The position numbers were made by a program, and so were the translations under genes. From Paeniglutamicibacter psychrophenolicus (GTDB taxonomy: Bacteria > Actinomycetota > Actinomycetes > Actinomycetales > Micrococcaceae), in assembly GCF_017876575.1 (NCBI RefSeq), contig NZ_JAGIOE010000001.1:3118443-3142442 (forward strand): DNA of 24,000 nucleotides, in the 5' to 3' direction. Positions 23,590 to 24,000 of this stretch are shown here, in pieces. The notes under the pieces are model-generated. The model saw only the letters and a program-made list of their open reading frames with translations. It was not told the origin of the DNA and did no database searches. The stretch's first letter is position 1; the number at the start of each line of letters is the position of its first letter.

Positions 23590-24000
23590 CTAGGCCGTCC
23601 AGGGAAGTTTGTGATGCAAGGCGTGCAGGGTCACGGTTCCGCCGTAAATGGGAGAGGTGCCGAGCTCCGAAAAACCCCAGTGTCCATAAATCTCTCGGAC
23701 CTGGGACGCTTGGCCGAAAACACCCAGGACGGCATCCTGTTCGGTTCGGCTCGAGAGGAGTTCACGGATGCACTGTTTGGCTATCCCACGGCCTCGAAAG
23801 TTTTCGTCGACAGCGAGTTCCTGGACAATAACGGTTCTCGAAGGCGAGATTACCGCGTCTAGCGTTGGCAGCATCACGTTTAGTCGTCGCAGCCAGGAGC
23901 TGTCCTGGTCAAGCCTCTGAGACAACGCAAAGCCGACCAGGTGTCCATCGTGTCTCGCCGCGACAAGTCGCCCACCAGGACTGGCAAGTTGGTCGGGACC
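23590..24000 (-). CDS. GNAT family N-acetyltransferase, N-terminus outside the window
   Basis: The minus frame is open from base 24000 (GPDQLASPGGRLVAARHDGHLVGFALSQ...). The acetyl-CoA motif A is QELAVDENFRGRGIAKQCIRELL. The M in the track entry is an internal TTG. Confidence 0.8.
   Translation of the reverse strand, partial: GPDQLASPGGRLVAARHDGHLVGFALSQRLDQDSSWLRRLNVMLPTLDAVISPSRTVIVQELAVDENFRGRGIAKQCIRELLSSRTEQDAVLGVFGQASQVREIYGHWGFSELGTSPIYGGTVTLHALHHKLPWTA

Noticed and set aside
23590-24000. The GNAT gene as a TacT-like toxin of a GNAT/RHH toxin-antitoxin pair.
   Set aside because: Its upstream partner, if any, lies outside the window. The adjacent RHH gene is already paired with RelE and is on the opposite strand.
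1-24000. CRISPR arrays, insertion sequences, long direct or inverted repeats, and rRNA/tRNA genes.
   Set aside because: I could not find any periodic repeat-spacer structure, transposase or integrase signature, or terminal inverted repeats by eye. A computational repeat search would be needed to exclude short dispersed repeats.

Overview
High-GC actinobacterial chromosomal DNA; the gene content looks Micrococcaceae/Arthrobacter-like, which is an inference only. I support 33 intact protein-coding genes and 2 pseudogenes. I found no rRNA, tRNA, CRISPR array, transposase or integrase. From left to right the window holds: (1) a housekeeping/stress block with a truncated flavoprotein disulfide oxidoreductase, a small Trp/Arg-rich protein, VOC proteins, a COG3910-like ATPase, a DUF1206 membrane protein and arfB. 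(2) A small detoxification-type block with a VOC protein, a maa-like acetyltransferase plus TetR, and an AraC regulator. (3) A complete six-gene minus-strand operon (7707-13655) for four-carbon acid-sugar (D-erythronate-type) catabolism, with a DeoR regulator embedded mid-operon and a strong terminator. (4) A decayed winged-helix regulator / MFS transporter pair that still has an intact perfect 32-bp palindrome upstream. (5) A regulator-rich block with a second acetyltransferase, a cupin plus MmyB-like XRE regulator, two LuxR-type regulators, a small secreted protein and an SRAP/YedK-like protein. (6) From about 20.9 kb, visibly lower-GC DNA carrying a 560-bp non-coding stretch, two orphan proteins, an RHH/RelE toxin-antitoxin pair with a palindromic operator on a probably leaderless start, and a GNAT gene running off the right edge. 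I do not see a clearly recognisable novel multi-gene system. The best candidates for something undescribed are the orphan genes and non-coding DNA of the low-GC segment, the decayed regulator/transporter locus, and several unassigned operator-like palindromes. Many long ORFs in the supplied track are out-of-frame or antisense GC-artefacts and were discarded.
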